From Corallochytrium limacisporum Hawaii (Eukaryota > Protista > Pluriformea), in contig PDIP01000050.1 of the NCBI GenBank assembly GCA_002811645.1, forward strand, positions 1 through 59,911: 59,911 bases of DNA, in the 5' to 3' direction. Below the pieces are notes generated by a model, which made no database searches, was not told where the DNA came from, and was given only the letters and a program-made list of their open reading frames with translations. This document shows positions 1 to 10,815 of the stretch, piece by piece; the first letter of the stretch is position 1, and every line of letters begins with the position of its first letter. A program made the position numbers and the translations under genes.

Positions 1-1268
1 GGGGGGGGTGGGGAGAGAGAGCGCAGAACAAAGCGTTTCTAAAGTACTCCGGATATGACTATTTTCTCGAACTCATATAAATAACCCGTAATGACAACAT
101 GATTTTAAATTATGTTCGCCGGATATTAAATTAAGACAGGGTAGAGGATTTTAGCTTCGGGCTTCGCTGTTATTCACTGTGCATACTGTTCTTTTCTCAG
201 TTTACAGAGGGTTCAACGTATTCTCGATCGTTGGGGTGATGTGAACAATGTCATCGTGGGTGTGAAAGTGGCGGTCTCAAAGTACTGTCGAAAAACTGAA
301 TGTTATAGTATTTGGGGCAAGGAGGGTAAGCGGAGCCGTCTGGCTTCACTACTCCAGTAGAATTTGTGTGGGGATTGTGAGTCAATCTGCAGAGATCGAA
401 AGGGCCCTGTGCGAAGGAATGGTCTTACACCCGGTTGCGAAATAAGTAGGTTGCGGTTGCAAATATTCACGACTGCCATTAGATATGTATGACAGGCCAA
501 ATCTTCGTGTTCGTGGACCTGTCCTGCAGGTGGTCCGGTCTGATTTGTTTCAACTGGACCTCACACCTGGCAAATAACCCACCAACATAGTTTGGAAGCG
601 CGCATACTTTGCATACGTGTTGTGTGCAGGGAATTCTGCAGAGGAAACATCAGTCTCCAGGCACCGGCAGGGTTGCTTGTGATTAAGCTGCTGACGTCTG
701 ACACATGAATATGACTTCCATTTGCTTCCTTCCCTGGCTTACTGCTGCTGAATATTCTATGCTTCGAAGAAAAGCTCAAGTGGGTTGGCGGCAGCAAATC
801 GCTTGTGAATATCTTGGAACCAAGACAGTTCCGCCCGTGAAACAGGATCATTCAAAGGATCGTAGCCGTTGAGTATGCTATGGGTTCGCTTTAGTGTTTA
901 CAAGGCTGTGCAGACCTAATGACGGGGATCGGGAAGGCAGAGCAGCAGAAGAAAAACAAAAAGGGAGGAATTTCATGGCTTTACAGCCGCGACATTGGCA
1001 CAAGGACGCAAAATTGGACAATACCCGACTATAGGGTAGCCAATACTGGTCTTCAGCCGAGTCATTGAGCGCGAACTTTTGCAAACATGTGTACAGCACT
1101 GCATAATACTTTACATTTGTGGACAGTTATTAGAAGGGTACCAAGTTGCTGGTCTAGTTCTTTGCCAAATTGTATTTTTTTTCATTCGAACAGGATTTGA
1201 TCTGCAGTCAAGCCAGAGTTTGAAAAGGCCACAGGCTGAGAATAAGAACACGAAATGATTTAGGGTTT

Positions 1269-3071
1269 ATGACAGTGCTTAATACAAATTCAAAGATGAA
1301 TTTCGGTGCTGCAAATAGTCCTCCGGTTGATGATGATTTTTATCTTCAAATGATCAATGAAGGTCAGAGTGGTAGTCAAGCACCGCCAGGAACGGACTTT
1401 GCCATGGACGTTGCTTCGTTCTTGAACGATGTTCTACTCCCGGCAGATATCCCTGACAATGCTTTGTATCCGAACTCCCAGTTCCACCAGAATACTGAGG
1501 GTGGTGTACATTTTGGCAGTGGAAGTGAGGGTGGCTTCGATTTTAACTCTCCGTCATTCCAACAATCTGAGTTTTCTCCGGGAAGCATGCCACAACCTGA
1601 TCAGCGACCATTTTTCCAGGACCAGCGACACTTCAATCAAATGAAACCTGAAATGATGGGGCATCCTGGGATGCACACGGGTGCTCAACAGGACGAAATT
1701 TCTGCCGAGGACAGGAAGCGTCTTAACCACGTTGCGTCGGAGCAGAAGCGCCGCGACAACATCAAGGATGGATTTAAATGTCTGGCAGACGCCCTTCCTC
1801 ACTTGAAAGAGGGAACGAGTCGCTCTGTTATGTTGAAGAAGGCTGTGGAGTACATTGACCATGTGAAGAAGCAAAACAGGGAAATTGCACAGCTGTTGTA
1901 TCAGCAACAAGGGGCTGGAGCCTCTGTGAAGGGCCCGCAACGGCAAATTGGCATTGGTTCCCCCGGCTCTGACCTAGTCGAAGGTGACGAAGTCTCATAC
2001 GCGGCGTTGATGGAAGCCATTGAAAGACGTTTAAACATTCACAACACGCAAGACCAGCGCAATATTTTCCTCATGTTCAAGGATGAGAAAGTATACGATG
2101 ACATTACGAGTCAGGAGGACTTGTATGAAAAGTTCCGCAAGGTTGCTGCGGAGGGTAAAGAAGAAATGAAGATCGGGGTCTATGTCAGAAAGGAGGGGGC
2201 ACCAAAGGACGCAATGCCAACCTTGGACCACACAGCTGTAGATGCAGAATTGCTGATGGAGAGCCATGTGCCAGAGGCAGAGTCGGAGGTTGAGGACTTC
2301 CCAGATGCTGCATTCAGCGATGTGAATGAAAAGGCATTGGAGATGCTCTTTGCCAAGTTTGAGAATGATCCGCGGAGTATGCTCGGCGGTAAGGCTTACC
2401 AGAACCCACTGTGGCGGAAGGGACGTGTCGCACGCTTCCTGAAGGTTTGCAGAAACGATGTAAAAAAGACCGCGAAGATGATGAATGCTCACTTTGATTG
2501 GCTGCAGGCGTACAACCCAGAGGCTGTGTCTATCCACGACGTGGCCAATGAAGTCAGGGACAACAAAGCATTTTTCCATGGACGAGACCGTGAAGGCCGT
2601 CCGATAATCATCTTCCGGGCCAAGAAGCATTTCGTTAAGAACCGTGACAAATATGAATCCATTCGGATGTGGGTCTACATGGTGCAACAATTCATTGACC
2701 ACTACCAGCGAGATCCAGAACAGAACGTGGTGGTCATCTACGACCGACGGGAAGCCAGCAAGCCCAACAGTGACCCTGCTGTCTTCAAGAAACTCGCCCA
2801 GATTGTGCAGTACAACTATCCGAACATCATGCATCGCATGTACGTGATCGAACCAGACTACGTTTTCCAGTACTCATTCAGTATCGTTAAACTACTGACG
2901 GCAAAAACCTTCCACAAGCGGGTGCTCCTACTCGGAAAGAACTGGATGGAGACACTAAAGAAGTTCATCGACCCCACCAACTTGCCTAAGGACATGGGTG
3001 GTCTGTCAGAGTATGAGTATCGCTATGACCCGGACGACGAGAGCCACACTTTAGGCATTGTGGATGGATAG
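1269..3071 (+). CDS. bHLH transcription factor (Ino4/Mlx/Max-like) fused to a PB1-like domain and a C-terminal CRAL-TRIO (Sec14) lipid-binding domain, 600 aa
   Basis: Single uninterrupted ORF. bHLH RKRLNHVASEQKRRDNIKDGFKCLADALP...SRSVMLKKAVEYID (~1713-1870). PB1-like SYAALMEAIERRL...IFLMFKDEKVYDDITSQEDL...MKIGVYV (~1990-2190). CRAL-TRIO_N VARFLKVCRNDVKKTAKMM and CRAL-TRIO FFHGRDREGRPIIIFRAKKH...QYNYPNIMHRMYVIEP...IDPTNLPKDMGG (~2420-3010). The start may be ATG 1269 or 1296. Confidence 0.9.
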   Translation: MTVLNTNSKMNFGAANSPPVDDDFYLQMINEGQSGSQAPPGTDFAMDVASFLNDVLLPADIPDNALYPNSQFHQNTEGGVHFGSGSEGGFDFNSPSFQQSEFSPGSMPQPDQRPFFQDQRHFNQMKPEMMGHPGMHTGAQQDEISAEDRKRLNHVASEQKRRDNIKDGFKCLADALPHLKEGTSRSVMLKKAVEYIDHVKKQNREIAQLLYQQQGAGASVKGPQRQIGIGSPGSDLVEGDEVSYAALMEAIERRLNIHNTQDQRNIFLMFKDEKVYDDITSQEDLYEKFRKVAAEGKEEMKIGVYVRKEGAPKDAMPTLDHTAVDAELLMESHVPEAESEVEDFPDAAFSDVNEKALEMLFAKFENDPRSMLGGKAYQNPLWRKGRVARFLKVCRNDVKKTAKMMNAHFDWLQAYNPEAVSIHDVANEVRDNKAFFHGRDREGRPIIIFRAKKHFVKNRDKYESIRMWVYMVQQFIDHYQRDPEQNVVVIYDRREASKPNSDPAVFKKLAQIVQYNYPNIMHRMYVIEPDYVFQYSFSIVKLLTAKTFHKRVLLLGKNWMETLKKFIDPTNLPKDMGGLSEYEYRYDPDDESHTLGIVDG

Positions 3072-3255
3072 GTGCCTGCGATTCATTCCCGAAGTCGAGT
3101 ATCAAAAAGAAGGCTATGAATATGAATACAATTCTTGTAATTTTGATCAATTTGGAAGGACTAGATGTGATGTTTAAGAACTGGTTTTCAGGCAGGCTGC
3201 GCATGAACAAGTCTGTTGAAATTAGTGGTTCAGATGGTTCGACGTCAAGAACTCT

Positions 3256-5865
3256 TCAAAGTTCCTGTTGTTGACCGTGCCCAAGAGAGCGTCGTCTGCG
3301 GAAGTCATCAATGGTTGGGAACTCTTCCAATGCCTTTCGTATAGGTTCAAGAATTTCCAGTTCATTGGTTGTTTTCCGATATTTTAGATATGCCCAGAAC
3401 TTCTCCAAACCGTAAAGCTTTCCGTTCTGGATATCCTCAAGAACCTCTGTCTGAAAGTCCGCATACATGTCTGTGCGGTGGCGTTTCTCCAGTCCGTAGC
3501 TGTAGAATCGGAAAAGACATTCAAGTCCGTACCGATAATTTGTAGCGGCATCCGACTTCGCCAGTTCCCTGAATTTCTTGTACATGGTCTGGTTAAAATT
3601 ATCTCTAAGGAAGAAGGACCAGAAACGATACAGTGTGTTCATGTGCTGAGACTTGCCTGAACCCATTGTATCTCTCTCTACGATGCATCGGTCCACGAAC
3701 TTAGAGTACGGCATTTGGATAAACCCTTGCTCACGCAAGAAACTGTTGGCTGCTTTTTCGAATGTACTGCCAAATTGGGCATCACTGTCTGCTGTAAGTG
3801 ATGACGGATTCACCTTCAGGCGTGACCAACTGCTGCGGTTGCCGCGTTTGTCTCGACTGTTGGTCTTGAACCAACCAACGTTACTTTCCACCACACTCTC
3901 TGTCCTGGACGAAGTTAATCCTCCACGATTATTGGACAAACTTTCTTTGCTGTTGTGCTTGTCACCAGTTCCAATCGAAGGAGTACCAGAAGGAACGACG
4001 TGTGTCTGCTCCCCTGCCAAATCTGCACCAGAGGATGTCCTTAGCGAGTCCTTGTCTCCGAGGGTCGTAACTTCGAAGACATCCTTCAAGGGATAGAAAC
4101 GAGCCGTTTTCTCGTTCTTGGCTCTTCGTCCATTTCTGCCACTACCACGGGTGTGGCGACGGCTCTTCCTACCGCGTCGGGCAAAGGTAGATCCATCGCT
4201 CATGGTCGATTGGCCATCCTCTGCCACTGTCGCCCCGGTCTTTTCGCTACTACCCACACTGCCAGTGCGTCGCTCTCGTGAACCTGCTCGACTATGCTCA
4301 CGTGAAGGATTTTGAGAGGTGTTCCGGGAGGTGTTACGCGAAGTGTTTTGGGACACAGCCATAGAAGATGCACTGCTTGAGTTAGTTGTAGATGATGTCC
4401 CACGGCGGAAGTCGCTGTCGTTCTCCTCGAAGCTCTTCACAAGCTGAATCTTACTCGTTGATTGCACATCACCAGATCCACTGTGAGTTTGACTAATACT
4501 CACATCCAACGAATGGTAATCATCGTCGATAAATTCCTGCTCATAGTAGTACAATCCATCGTTGATCATTTGCGCCCACTCCTTTGTCTTTTCTCTCCGC
4601 TGCATAAAGTCGCCAGTGCGGTCATATCCCATATGTTTCCGATGATCCTGGACTGGCTGAGTCACAACCACAAGATCCTCAATTTCATCATCATACATAT
4701 CGTTATTGCCCAGTTGGCTTGAGCTAGCGCTGTGACGGTGCGATGATCGCCGCTCGTCATCTGTTGAGGACAGAGATCTAATATCACATTCTGTTGTTTC
4801 ATCTTCGGCCTCATCTTCTTCGTCTTCAATGTCTCCAGGGCTCGTGTCTTCAACATGGGCCAGTCCCTCCTCATCGTAGGCATGGACCTTGCCAGGGTGC
4901 TCGAGGGTCTGTTGAACATCGGAGAGATCTTCATCTTCGTCGAAAAGGAACTGCTGCAGCTGGTTGGCCTGCCTTGGTTTTTGTTGTTGCATTTGGTGCT
5001 GATACGACTGCTCTCCCTGGTGCCGCATCTGATGCTGGTATTCTTTCCGCTGTGTACACAGTTGTCGTGTGTGCTGATCTCGGCGCAATTGTTGAGCAGA
5101 AGCGCGTACGCCAGGCAATCCCGCATTGGTGTTGGTAGAGGTGGCATAAGAATTGTGACGCTTGCGCCTTCTGATTTGTTGCCATTCACCTGCATCTTCA
5201 GCATCATCAGCTGAAGGATGCTCCTGGCCCGCATCGTCTGGAGCCCACATGTACTCCAATTCCGTGTCCTCAACCTCACTTACACAGCCCTCTAGAGTAT
5301 ACTCATCATCACTCTGTGCTGGAGTGGGACGCACAGTTGTGGCCGGTGTCGTAGTTTGACTCGCAGAATTACTATGATGACCGCTCTGCGAACTGTGCTG
5401 GGAGCCCGTTTTGCTGACAAAATGGTCCCAACCGCTCCGCTTCCGCAGACGATCTCCACGAATCTCAACTGCTTGACTGCCAGTGATTGCACGTCGCACT
5501 AAATCGGTATCTGTAGTCAGGGAGCTCAAGTCCGCGAACCGCATGACCGTTTCAAGACTGACAAAGCCTTTATCGTCCATGTGTGCTCGAAGGATTCGAT
5601 CTGTTTCCAAATTGGCAACACTGAAATAATGCTCCACTTGGTTTCGTACCGCACTGAACAGAGCTGCTTCTCCCGCTGTCCGAGGCAAGAAGACAGGATC
5701 ATTCACTACACCGGCATACCGCGTACTGCGTCTACCCTTGCGAATCAAACTCTCATGCAAGTCTGGCCAGTTTCTTTCGTCAAGGTCATTGCGTACTGAA
5801 GGTTCATGGCCGGCACTTCGCCCCAACCACGCAGAGCTGGGTCTACTCGTTCCCGAAGAGGCCAT
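3256..5865 (-). CDS. LARP1: La-related protein 1 (La motif plus C-terminal DM15 repeats)
   Basis: La motif [30 protein letters not shown]; LARP1 block DRTGDF...[11 protein letters not shown]; DM15 [21 protein letters not shown]...[18 protein letters not shown]...[13 protein letters not shown]. Confidence 0.95.
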   Translation of the reverse strand: MASSGTSRPSSAWLGRSAGHEPSVRNDLDERNWPDLHESLIRKGRRSTRYAGVVNDPVFLPRTAGEAALFSAVRNQVEHYFSVANLETDRILRAHMDDKGFVSLETVMRFADLSSLTTDTDLVRRAITGSQAVEIRGDRLRKRSGWDHFVSKTGSQHSSQSGHHSNSASQTTTPATTVRPTPAQSDDEYTLEGCVSEVEDTELEYMWAPDDAGQEHPSADDAEDAGEWQQIRRRKRHNSYATSTNTNAGLPGVRASAQQLRRDQHTRQLCTQRKEYQHQMRHQGEQSYQHQMQQQKPRQANQLQQFLFDEDEDLSDVQQTLEHPGKVHAYDEEGLAHVEDTSPGDIEDEEDEAEDETTECDIRSLSSTDDERRSSHRHSASSSQLGNNDMYDDEIEDLVVVTQPVQDHRKHMGYDRTGDFMQRREKTKEWAQMINDGLYYYEQEFIDDDYHSLDVSISQTHSGSGDVQSTSKIQLVKSFEENDSDFRRGTSSTTNSSSASSMAVSQNTSRNTSRNTSQNPSREHSRAGSRERRTGSVGSSEKTGATVAEDGQSTMSDGSTFARRGRKSRRHTRGSGRNGRRAKNEKTARFYPLKDVFEVTTLGDKDSLRTSSGADLAGEQTHVVPSGTPSIGTGDKHNSKESLSNNRGGLTSSRTESVVESNVGWFKTNSRDKRGNRSSWSRLKVNPSSLTADSDAQFGSTFEKAANSFLREQGFIQMPYSKFVDRCIVERDTMGSGKSQHMNTLYRFWSFFLRDNFNQTMYKKFRELAKSDAATNYRYGLECLFRFYSYGLEKRHRTDMYADFQTEVLEDIQNGKLYGLEKFWAYLKYRKTTNELEILEPIRKALEEFPTIDDFRRRRSLGHGQQQEL

Positions 5866-8171
5866 ATGTCGAGGATTAGGACATGACTTTCAAATTTCAG
5901 ATGTTGGCGGGTGAAACCCGTGCATGAGTATGGTTGTTCATTCTGGAGTTCCTTTGGATGTGTACAATGTCAGCAAAGTCTGTGTTGATTTGTGTCATCA
6001 GAATCTAGCATCAATACTTTCCAAATTTGTTTTTTCTGTCTTTGGTCTTCCTCGGGGTTTTCGACATAGCTTAAAATTTACTGTGGTATGCCTTTGAGTA
6101 CGTTTGTGGGTTTGGGAGAGGACAGGAAGTCTCAAAGAGTTAGAGTTCGGCCAGAGGCAAAGGCCCCGGCACGCAAACCCCGACCCTCGAAGTGAATCAC
6201 CTCAGCCGCAACCCTCCCTCCCTGCCGAGCTGCAGAATATAAATGTCTTTGGAAACACATACGCAAAAATCAATTGAGCAATATTTCCTCTCTCGCTCTC
6301 ACAGCCGTAGAGGGTGAGGGGTAGAGTGCGGAAGCTCACAGTCGACATAGAATAATTCATTGACCGAGTCACAGGTACCGCATACACGAAATCTAGTTCA
6401 GAGCAACAGGTCTATTGGCTTCAGAACTTCCTAAAACCAGAGGTCTCAACATCAAATATCAGAAAGAGAAACCTGACGAGAATTTTCATGTGGGAGGTAC
6501 CGTGCAGGCATGAAATATACTTTTGTTAACAATGTATTACTCTACTCCTTGGTTTATGAACATGGAGGCACCCTCTACTCTCGACTTGTAATGCATTGAA
6601 ATGAATTTATTAAATTGAAATCCGGATGTTCCTTGTTTCCTGAATTGAATTGAACTGAATTTTTGATAGTATTGGCATTACTTCGTATGAAAAGGACAAG
6701 CCAGCGATGATGAACTGATTATGATCTTACAACCGCGTGAGGACTGTGTTTCGCAGGCTGGACCCTTGGGCGAAGTGTTTATTTATGTGCTAAGCAATGG
6801 TCTATTGCATACATGTATGTCCTGGAAGCACCGACCATCCACATCTAGGAGAATCGTCGGTGAGACCACTGTGCTGTTCATGGAGTATTACTATGACAAA
6901 ATGCTTAAAATTATTGATAACTGTCATACACTATATATACGATTAAAAATCTGCATCGGAAAGTGCAATTGGATCTCAATGGAGTTTATGGAGTCACTTA
7001 ATTGGAAACTGAATGACTTCTGAAATGGCACAGTCTATTTGTTTAGACTCCTTGATCGGAAAGGCTGCTTTTGTAATGTTAATTGTGTTCACATTTTGGT
7101 TGTTCCACACCTTGCTTGGGTATGCATTTTCGAATTTTTGAGCTACTGATCTTCTTCCTTGCTCCTCCGCATACTATGGCTGCTGTTCTGTCGCAAGAAG
7201 CTTAGAGTGTTTTCGGGTTTATAAGCCCCACACAGTGGGTATGCCAGTACGATTCCTTTTGTGACCAAAAACGATTTTCAGTACATTAGATACTGGAAGG
7301 GGCCGGATTTGCTGTATTTATTGATCAGTTACTATCTGTTGCCGTGATCCAGCCGGTTGCAAACTCCCTACGTCGAAGAACGTTCCATAGAGTACACCTG
7401 GACAGATTAAGTATGGTGAACATATGGAGTTGTGACCGGGAAGGACCCGCTCGTTCAGCGCACAGAAGCGCACCATTTCAGAGTGGTTGTGGAGGCATCT
7501 CCATATGTACAGGCATTGAGGTGAGCTCGACCCAGACTACAAAGAAATGCTATGGAAGGCCCAATTTTGAACGAGTTATTAACTCGATTGAGACATCAAT
7601 TTTACACATTATGTTTCACACCTCTACCACACTCTACTAAACCTGGTCCAACTGCAATCCCAAAAGGAGATCTATATATCCTGAATTTCTCGTCCATTCC
7701 GAGTGCCTTCAAATGCCATACTAGCTCACATGCCCCTTTCTGTGGCATGGGCCGAGTGGAAGTTCAACTTGAGAGACCCTGCCACAGATCTTCCCCAGCC
7801 TAATCACTTTCCTGAGCAGAGAGCCGACGCGGCTGAAAAAGGTCCGTGGAGAGGAGTGCCATTGGTGCTCTTCCGGCATTGCATTTGGGCTCTTAAGCGA
7901 CTTCGTTCCCATTTAACCGAATTGTGTTTACGTGCCATATTGTTCTTGTCGTGAACAGTAAACTGCGAACCAGGTACATGGGGCTGATAACAAATTCGCC
8001 AGTTTTGGGAATTACAGATCCATTGTCCGAAACAAAAGGAGTGACTAATGGGATATCTCTATCTCAATCTGGAGCAGTTTGGCGGGTTACATTTTTAACA
8101 TTGTTGAAATTCCGTATGGATTAGTGCAAAACCAGGCTCCAACACGAGAAGAAATTTGCAAAGGGCCATCT

Positions 8172-9074
8172 ATGTTTGGTACGTATTTCTTCTACGATCT
8201 AAGCATTGGCTTAGCAATTTCCGCAGCAGCGTTCACAGCAGTCAATCTTCAGGAAAATGGCAAAACTACTCAAGGAGATTCTCTCCTATACTGGAAAGGA
8301 ACGGATTTTGAAGACAATAACGGAAGTGCGAACGCTGCCTTTGGCGTGGCAATCACAATGCTAGTATTCGGGATTCTAAGTCTTGCTGTTCGCTTGGCCC
8401 AGTTTGAACAATTCTATCTCGAGTTTGCAACCTTGAGCGTATTTGTAATTTTTAGCGCTACGAATGGTGCTTTGCTGGTGGATGGTATCGAGTCGACCTG
8501 CGACAGTCTTCTTCTTGATCTATGTGATCGGGAGCTCTGGGCGTATTACGATGATGTTAGAGTCATTCGAATGTGGGGCTACTTGAATTTGGTAGCCCTT
8601 GCCATCTTCGTTATTGCTCTCATCATCAGAGGCTGGTCATTCTACAAACAATTCAGACTTGCCCACAAGACGGGTCGTAATGAGCGGGTTGTGGACCAGG
8701 CTTCCCAACATATGCGGACCATGGTCAAGAAGCGTATGAATGTTCGCAAGCGAGTCTGGGGAAGCATAAGAAACCCATTCGTTCGCGGTTCCAATAGTCC
8801 AGAAGAGTTTGCCATGCAAGAAGGAGACTCTATGCATCCAACGTCAACGGGATCATCTATTTACCGCACTGAAGATTCCGTGAGTCGGGGTTCACTGGAC
8901 CATGGCAAGGACGGAGCGCCTGCGATACCCCCGAAAGATGACGCCTTCGACAGAATCATGGGAGAGACTGCAGAGAATGGCACAGTAAAGGCCAAGAATT
9001 CACCCCGGCCTAGCATGTTGTCAGAGAATGATGAAGTAGATTTGAATGTGTCTGGACAAAATTCTAATCAGTAG
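8172..9074 (+). CDS. TMEM179: TMEM179-like four-pass membrane protein with a low-complexity cytoplasmic tail
   Basis: Four hydrophobic segments. LQENGKTTQGDSLLY, VDGIESTCDS...LC and AYYDDVRVIRMWGYLNL resemble remembered TMEM179 blocks (LSENGHDFRGRCLLF, VGFTMWCD, AFYDQFAIAQFGLW). First ATG is 8172; the ORF track start 8079 is a TTG. Confidence 0.7.
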   Translation: MFGTYFFYDLSIGLAISAAAFTAVNLQENGKTTQGDSLLYWKGTDFEDNNGSANAAFGVAITMLVFGILSLAVRLAQFEQFYLEFATLSVFVIFSATNGALLVDGIESTCDSLLLDLCDRELWAYYDDVRVIRMWGYLNLVALAIFVIALIIRGWSFYKQFRLAHKTGRNERVVDQASQHMRTMVKKRMNVRKRVWGSIRNPFVRGSNSPEEFAMQEGDSMHPTSTGSSIYRTEDSVSRGSLDHGKDGAPAIPPKDDAFDRIMGETAENGTVKAKNSPRPSMLSENDEVDLNVSGQNSNQ

Positions 9075-10815
9075 ATCTACCATAGACACGGGTATACCCA
9101 AGAAAGTACATGAATGGTCCCTTTTTGAGTGATGAAAGCGTAGTGGGTATTCATCACCTTGGGCAGGAATTTGCAGGCATTGGGTTCTCAAAGGATCCTA
9201 TCGTAAACCTTGCCTGCCATTGACGTGCTTTAGACACATGAGCGTGGGGCAGTCGTGCGCAAGAGTGGCCAACCTCAGCCACTGACTGAGGAGAGCGTGA
9301 TCTCTCTGTCCAAGTACACTCACATCTGTCTTGTATCATTAAACGGACATTGTGTTCAACATATGTATATGTGTGTGTGCTTTTATTGTCGACCGGTTCA
9401 GAAATATTCGTGAAACTGTCCGATGCCCGAGTCAGGTGCAGTTCCCTACTGAGGTACTAGGCAATGTCAACTCTTCCCTCCGATTATATACGAGGCCCGG
9501 TGCAGAATCACCGACGTTCACCGGTTCACACTCTTTTCTTTGCCAAATCAGTCTGTTGACGAGGTTTTCCAATTAACAATGTTTGATCCTCTACGAAACA
9601 GCCCTGTGGAACGTTCTTTTTTTTGGCACCCCCCCCCATGACAAACCAGCGGGGGGACGCCACTCAACAATACTGTGAAGTAAACTGTGGATCAAGGGCA
9701 AGCGCAGAGCACGAAGTAGCCCAGAGAAAACGACCGGCCAATTGTACTGCGAAAAAAAAAACACGCCTTGAAGAAGGGCATACTCGTTTAAGAAGTCCAC
9801 GATCAAGAATACAGAAGCTTCCTCTTCCACCTTGTCACAGCGAACGAATTCTTATATCTCGTGAGTGTGAGTTTGAGACAAGGATGGGACACACATACAT
9901 TACGCTCACTGTGGTAGGCCCAAACCCTTCTGTCGACGATCAATGTCGGTACCCACCTGGTGGTGGTGGTAAGGGAATAGGGAACGATGGGGCGGGTGGA
10001 ACGGGAGACAATAAGACTCCCTTTAATCCAAGGGGTTGAAATAGCCTTCAAACTACTGCCGGTACCACCAACAAGATGGTAGATCCGGCTTGTGCTGCGT
10101 GTTGCAGAGGGTTCCCTGTTTGAGAGACTCTGGGATTGATTCGAGTGACTTTTTGAAAATTTGGCAAACAAAGAGCAGGACGGTGTCGAGATAATATTCT
10201 GTTTGGCATCTCCCTCGTCACATCGCCTCTACACTTCGGTATAAACTTTTTGTATTGGCTCATCCGACCCAGTTGATTGATGGACGGTTTTGAAGGAAGC
10301 GAGTAGTTGGGGACTCCTAAGCACTCGATGTATTGTGGAGTTGGAAGCAAGTCCAAAGCCCGAGAAATTGTGCAGGCTTTCCTGTAATGAAGATTGAGGC
10401 GAGTAGAATGCGCTTTGATTCGCACTTCCAAGTTTTCTGATAAGACGATGTTCGAACCACGCATTTTGTGCCACTCTTCAGCTCGCCCGATACACCATAT
10501 GACATGGGCAGGTGATGTTATCCGACTGCTTCCTTGTAGTGTAATGCTACAGACAACGCAGATGCAAAGTGTCAATCTATTTAAAACTTGTATTTGCGTA
10601 ATACGGTACGGAACATCATCCGAAGTACAAGATACAGAGTCGAAAGAGGCCATACACATGGTGCTTTGTTCGTTTGCGTCTATGCATCTTTCGACAACAT
10701 AGGTGTAGTAGAGTATCACTCTTAGTGTCGATATTAAATCCTGAATGGTATATATGACAATGGTATAAAGATATCGAATCAGACACTGGGGGTTGGCTAT
10801 TAATGCAACCAAAAT

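Noticed and set aside
326-1193. Possible 5'-UTR intron of the bHLH-Sec14 gene (G|GTAAGC ... T-tract-GAACAG)
   Set aside because: No convincing branch point; it cannot be supported without transcripts.
2031-2834. Long antisense ORFs (also 13400-13948, 23850-24656 and many inside BLTP2 and the CAP-Gly gene)
   Set aside because: Shadow frames of real genes arising from codon bias.
5895-6002. C/D-like boxes on the minus strand upstream of LARP1
   Set aside because: Weak terminal stem and only an 8-nt 18S complement at a site I do not know to be methylated.
9129-9157. 8-bp hairpin GTGATGAA/TTCATCAC after the TMEM179-like stop
   Set aside because: Short enough to arise by chance; no SECIS context or nearby D box.
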